32,071 nt of DNA from Trichomonas gallinae. Taxonomy: Eukaryota. The translations under genes and the position numbers were made by a program. Location of the stretch: contig MRSU01006106.1 of the NCBI GenBank assembly GCA_008369845.1, positions 1 to 32,071 on the forward strand, written 5' to 3'. Of the stretch, positions 27,418 through 32,071 are shown piece after piece. Every line of letters starts with the position of its first letter. Positions within the stretch are counted from its first letter, which is position 1. A model generated the notes under the pieces. That model ran no database searches and was not told the origin of the DNA. It worked only from the letters and a program-made list of their open reading frames with translations.

Positions 27418-29022
27418 TTAATTTGCTGTGACAGGCATCGTCAATATGTAAACAAAGTAAGAGATGTCATCATAGTAGTCAGAGCATTTGAAATAGTGTT
27501 TTGTGCTAATAATGAAAAAGCTATGACTAATAATATTTGTTTCTATTTGCCTGTTATCTATTCCGTATAATTTAAATTTGTATATTTTCTCTTCAATTCC
27601 AGTGAAATTCGTATTTATAACAAAAGGATTTGACGATGGAGCTAAATAAAATCTACATTGATGCATTGTAATATTGCCGTCATTCACTGATGTGTAGTAG
27701 CAAACAGTCGTCTCATCTTCTCTTGACTCTATCGAGCCAAATATTTCCAAGTTTGCGCCAGATCTGTATTTCGTGTCTAGTGGCTCATCTAATGATATCA
27801 GTGATGATCTATAGCGCGAAAATAAATATGAAAAAGTTATTCCATCTGAGTAATATCCTAAATCATCTTTTGCAATCACAGTGAAATTATGATATGTTTC
27901 AAATTCAGCTGGCGGTATTGTAAATATTGCATTAGTTCTTTTCTTTTCACCATCACAAATTATTTCAGATTCATATAAAACATTGTGGTTTTCTCCTAGA
28001 ACAAATAATGTTACTTTCGAGTCGTCTTTAACTTGCACTGATATATTCACTCTCTCGCTCGAAAAGAAACTTTTCTTGACTTCTTCAATAACTTCAACAG
28101 CTGGAATTTCATTAATAAGCAAGTTAATTTCTAAATTTTTGACTTCATTATCAGGAGTTATAAATTCGTATTTTAATATGTATTTGCCGCCTTTTGTAGG
28201 AGCAATAAAAGCATCTGTGAATGTTTGGTCTTCGCCTGTATCTTTGACATCAAAATTACGAAGAAGACTTTCATTAACTTTCCTTGTAACTTTAATTTTA
28301 TTCGATTTATTTATTCCATTCATAGCAATTTTGACTTTTATTTGCGTGCTCGGCTTGTAGTATTCATTAAGCTGCTTTGCAAGATGCAATGTATATGAAG
28401 GATTATATTCTCCAATTCCAACAACGTAAGAAAATTGTTTGGATTCACCTGACAATATTGTTCGTTTTTGCCATGAAAAATAAATACCTCCACCTGATCC
28501 ATCGGGAACTTTTTCATAATCAGTGATATTAGACCATTCTCCATATCCAGGTCTGCCATTGTATGAGTATGTGTCGACATTTGTGACAAATGCAGTGTCA
28601 CGAAGAAGGAATGTCACGTTTCTATCTTCGTGGAAGCTGTAAATTCCTTTGAATGGTGGAATATTTTGATGACCACACGCATCACCATTTGACCCATTTG
28701 AGCTATCAAGGTCGAGATCTAAAGCGAATCCAAGGCCGATTTCGTGGTTGCTTTGGCCTCTGTTCGTCACATTGTGAATGACTTGCATGTACTCTGAGCT
28801 GTAAAATAGTTTAGACGTCGTTGTTACATCAACATCACCCAGTGTGTCATTTCCTGTCTTTCCAACAAGTTTTTCTGTTCCATCAACTCTAAGATAGAAC
28901 CATAAAAATGAATTTACACATAAAATATTGAAATCTTTATGACGGATGATATATGAATCAATTGTTCCACTTTCAAGGATCCATCCATTTGATAAAGATT
29001 CATAAAATAGTAAATAAAGCAT
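27418..29022 (-). CDS. Putative secreted/surface protein with beta-sandwich (Ig-like) repeats and hydrophobic C-terminus
   Basis: Signal-like MLYLLF, N-terminal beta domain (HNVTNRG...VTNVDTY...FSWQKRTILSGESK), about three ~100-aa beta-rich repeats (e.g. VIAKDDLGYYS, LYGIDNRQIET), C-terminal ISYFVYILTMPV. Confidence 0.8.
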   Translation of the reverse strand: MLYLLFYESLSNGWILESGTIDSYIIRHKDFNILCVNSFLWFYLRVDGTEKLVGKTGNDTLGDVDVTTTSKLFYSSEYMQVIHNVTNRGQSNHEIGLGFALDLDLDSSNGSNGDACGHQNIPPFKGIYSFHEDRNVTFLLRDTAFVTNVDTYSYNGRPGYGEWSNITDYEKVPDGSGGGIYFSWQKRTILSGESKQFSYVVGIGEYNPSYTLHLAKQLNEYYKPSTQIKVKIAMNGINKSNKIKVTRKVNESLLRNFDVKDTGEDQTFTDAFIAPTKGGKYILKYEFITPDNEVKNLEINLLINEIPAVEVIEEVKKSFFSSERVNISVQVKDDSKVTLFVLGENHNVLYESEIICDGEKKRTNAIFTIPPAEFETYHNFTVIAKDDLGYYSDGITFSYLFSRYRSSLISLDEPLDTKYRSGANLEIFGSIESREDETTVCYYTSVNDGNITMHQCRFYLAPSSNPFVINTNFTGIEEKIYKFKLYGIDNRQIETNIISHSFFIISTKHYFKCSDYYDDISYFVYILTMPVTAN

Positions 29023-29158
29023 TAAATTTTATTGTTTCTAAAATAATATTTGATTTTTAGCAAACTCATGAATTATATCACTGCTATTTGTGAACTTGTT
29101 AAAATATAAGAGCCAACTGTTCTGGCAACTAAATAGTCACCAGAAACAAATAAAAATT

Positions 29159-29221
29159 TGTCAGTTTTTGTTTTATGTGACGTCAAAATGTCAGACGTAA
29201 ATGTCAAATTGACAAATGTCA
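29159..29221. promoter_or_regulatory. Cluster of TGTCA/TGACA sites and a TGACGTCA palindrome
   Basis: TGTCA at 29159, 29189, 29202 and 29217; TGACA at 29210; TGACGTCA at 29178-29185. Lies 140-200 bp upstream of the 29022 start. Confidence 0.45.
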
Positions 29222-29993
29222 AATTTTAATATTTTTGATTACAGCGTTGCAAAAGATTCTATATTCTATAGATATGGCAAATGCGGTAAATATTGAAAAG
29301 TACATGCGCAGTGACAAAATAAATCTCAGAACTTGCTATAGTTATTGAATATTTTTTAATATTCAAGCATCAAAGCATTTTAATGATCATTTAAATCATA
29401 ATCCGAGATATATTCCAATTTTGTTCCAAAAATCAATACAATTTTCACTTTCAATCGAAATTTTCCTATTAATAACATTTATGATACCTAAAAATGTAAA
29501 TATGTATTCTATTTATTGATGTAATATACGACAAAGAACAATTTCCGCTGATATATATAGTTTTTGGATACAATGATAACGATCCTGACGAAATTCTTGT
29601 TTTTGAATACAATTTTTATTCGTTTTCCATGTCTATTACATGTATCTGCAATTTAATGTTCAAGGGAAGCAAATATAAATGTGTTTAAACTCATATTCTT
29701 TGATTATACAAAATATTTTTTATTAAAAAATAACACAACACTCTCAAGAAAATCACTAATATATTGAGATCTTTTAAAATAGTTTGAAACTCACAACACC
29801 ATGAACTTTTCAAGTGATAAGAAACATATTTTGAATTCTATTTCTTTGAAACAGAAAATTCAACATTTCGAAATCAATCTACAAATCGGCCAACCTATGC
29901 TACACTCTTGTAAATATCAGCAAAATCGAGTTTTTTAAAAATTATAAAATAATTATTAAAAGAGTACAAACAAATTTATTATAACATAATATA

Positions 29994-31730
29994 TTATTTT
30001 CTGCCGCCAAGTCGTGAGGGGCTTCGTGGATTGTTTGTCGACCTGCGTGCAGACTGCATTTTGCTGCTGTTTGCAGCATCTCTGCCCCTGTTTATAAGTG
30101 TGACTGGATTCAGCTTAAGTTTTGGCGTGCCATTTAGGTCATAGAACGGCGCATTTGCGTCATTGGCTATGACAGGTATTGGCCTTGTCTTAACTAGTTG
30201 TGCTGAGCGCTCAATAGCCTCCAGACGCGCTTTCTCGCCGAGTAGTTTTTCGTGGCGTTTTACAACTGGCTTCATCGCTCTTTCTCTCGCAATTGACGCC
30301 GCGCAGAGTCTTTTATCCCTTATAACAGACTTTGTGCTGCACTCTAGATCATATTTCCTCATGAGTGCTGCATCTGCATTCATATAGCCCGCGTTCATGC
30401 GTTTTTGAGCTTCTTCGCTTTCTATCTTTTCTATTCTTCGAATTGTTTCGCCCGCAGATTTTGCGCCTTCGAAGTCGCGCATCCTGATTTGCTGCGAGGC
30501 TGAATATCTGGCATTGAGCAGTGTAGGAGATGGCTTAGAGTATTTCAATATCTTTTTCTGTGACTGCCACTCATGATCAAGCATATCTTGCTCGTGAAAC
30601 AGTTTTAGCTCCAATTCTTTTAGTCCTGTCGCGTATTCTGTCTCTATGAGTTTGTTTTGGGAGTCCCAGTAATCATTTTGAGCTTTCAGCTCTTGCGCAG
30701 CGTACTGTATGTTCTCCTCAACACGCTTCTTGTCTAGACGAGTTGGAATGAAATCAGGAGAGTTTTTTAATGTCTCGGCAACTGAATTAACATAAGCGGC
30801 CTCGAAAATCAGGCCTTTTGATGAACAAAGTGATGTGTATTTGTATAAATCTGATAGAAGATGCGTTTTGTCCTCCTTGGTAAGCAGTGGAAGCTGGTGC
30901 TGAGCAAGAGCTTGACAAATTAAAGAATCTGGTGAATGATAAACGATTTTTTGGAGATTGCCCGGCATTGAATATGTATAACATGGTCCTTTGTTTTCGC
31001 TTGGTGAAATCGTTGAAATTCCGCCAAGATTTAATTGATAATCTTTTGGAAGGTGAGGATATGAATCTGATGAGTTTTCTGATTGATGTGATACGTTTAG
31101 TGACTCTGCTGGGAGTTCTGTGCTAAGAAGTGGATTATTTGTCTGGTTTTCTTCAATATTTTCTTTACTTTGATTTTCTTCTATTTTGCTTGCTTCTGGT
31201 GATTTCTTTGTAGATTCTTGTTGGTTTTCACCATCATTTGTGATGTTAGAAACGTTTTGTTCGATAATTGATTTTGTATTTAACGTAGAATCGGTTGTAT
31301 CAGATACAGTAGTAGTGTCATTCATTGTTAATTCGTTTGCTTCATTTGCAGTTTCATCTGCTTTAGTATTTATCAAAGATTCGTTTTCATTGTTAATTGT
31401 CGTATCATCGAGTTCATTTAGAAACTTAGTAAGATTTGACTCGGAGTTTGAAGGTGAATTTTGTTTTTCATCGTTCAGAAGCTGTGTAACTTCTTTTGAA
31501 ACGTTGAATTCGAGTTTTTCTGGACTTAATGACTTGTCAGGACTACTATCTCCATCTATAGAGCTATTTTGATCCTCTTTCATAAGGTTTTCCTGGACTT
31601 TCATGTTAATATCAAATGTAAGTGTTCCTAGGATTGAGTTAAAAAGATTGCTCTCCAATGTCGTATTACCTGGCTCGTTATCGAGTTGATCGATCGACTT
31701 TGGAGCAAGGTTTTCGGACAGAGAATTCAT
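29994..31730 (-). CDS. Hypothetical protein: low-complexity S/N/E/T N-terminus, coiled-coil C-terminus
   Basis: 578-aa ORF. The coiled coil contains KYSKPSPTLLNAR...DFEGAK, a motif I associate with an expanded protist coiled-coil family. Inr TCATT at 31749-31745. Confidence 0.82.
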   Translation of the reverse strand: MNSLSENLAPKSIDQLDNEPGNTTLESNLFNSILGTLTFDINMKVQENLMKEDQNSSIDGDSSPDKSLSPEKLEFNVSKEVTQLLNDEKQNSPSNSESNLTKFLNELDDTTINNENESLINTKADETANEANELTMNDTTTVSDTTDSTLNTKSIIEQNVSNITNDGENQQESTKKSPEASKIEENQSKENIEENQTNNPLLSTELPAESLNVSHQSENSSDSYPHLPKDYQLNLGGISTISPSENKGPCYTYSMPGNLQKIVYHSPDSLICQALAQHQLPLLTKEDKTHLLSDLYKYTSLCSSKGLIFEAAYVNSVAETLKNSPDFIPTRLDKKRVEENIQYAAQELKAQNDYWDSQNKLIETEYATGLKELELKLFHEQDMLDHEWQSQKKILKYSKPSPTLLNARYSASQQIRMRDFEGAKSAGETIRRIEKIESEEAQKRMNAGYMNADAALMRKYDLECSTKSVIRDKRLCAASIARERAMKPVVKRHEKLLGEKARLEAIERSAQLVKTRPIPVIANDANAPFYDLNGTPKLKLNPVTLINRGRDAANSSKMQSARRSTNNPRSPSRLGGRK

Positions 31731-32071
31731 TTTTCAATAAAAAAAATGAAAAACGTATATTTTGATTTCGAAGGCTCTTTTGTCGATTTCCGTGTATATT
31801 AATACATAGTTTATCCATATTTTAGGTTAATTTTGCATAAATAGCAAAAAATAATCGTTCTATTGATCAAATTAACCTTAACATTTCCTACCTCATTTTA
31901 TTAACCAATAACAATATATTAACACTTATCTACCATTATTTTTGATTAAATCGCTTGAACTCAAATTATTTATGAAATTAAAATATTTTTCTTAAGGGTC
32001 CGCTCCGCGACCAAATAGCGGTCTCAATTTTTCAATGCGGTATTGAAAATTATCGTTTTGCCCAGAAAAGT

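Noticed and set aside
31995..32045. Short GC-rich patch with GCGGT motifs at the window end
   Set aside because: No tRNA or rRNA signature; probably promoter sequence of a gene beyond the window and cannot be assessed.

Overview
Eukaryotic, AT-rich, gene-dense genomic DNA from a trichomonad (Parabasalia), most likely Trichomonas vaginalis or a close relative. Three lines of evidence support this: a lineage-specific initiator-binding-domain (IBD) gene, TCA(C/T)T initiator elements within ~20 nt of many ATGs, and UAAA poly(A) signals fused to TAA stop codons. No introns were seen. The window holds 17 coding regions: the 3' end of RPL27, a TMEM181/Wntless-like membrane protein, an ornithine cyclodeaminase/mu-crystallin enzyme, a divergent importin-like protein, ITPase, Vps4, a degenerate GH47-like protein, an IBD protein, an HP1-like chromo/chromoshadow protein, a WD40 protein, a VPS9-like protein, four surface/membrane proteins and two hypotheticals. 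Several ORF-track starts were corrected to downstream ATGs. No transposon, rRNA, tRNA or CRISPR array is evident, and I found no convincing multi-gene novel system. The best leads are (1) an intergenic 67-nt hairpin with an ACA box at H/ACA guide-RNA spacing, (2) an intact 424-codon GH47-like pseudo-enzyme with no usable ATG (TTG start), (3) an unusual promoter on the IBD gene, and (4) recurrent ~75-125 bp tandem duplications upstream of genes. All family calls come from motif recognition by eye, not database searches.
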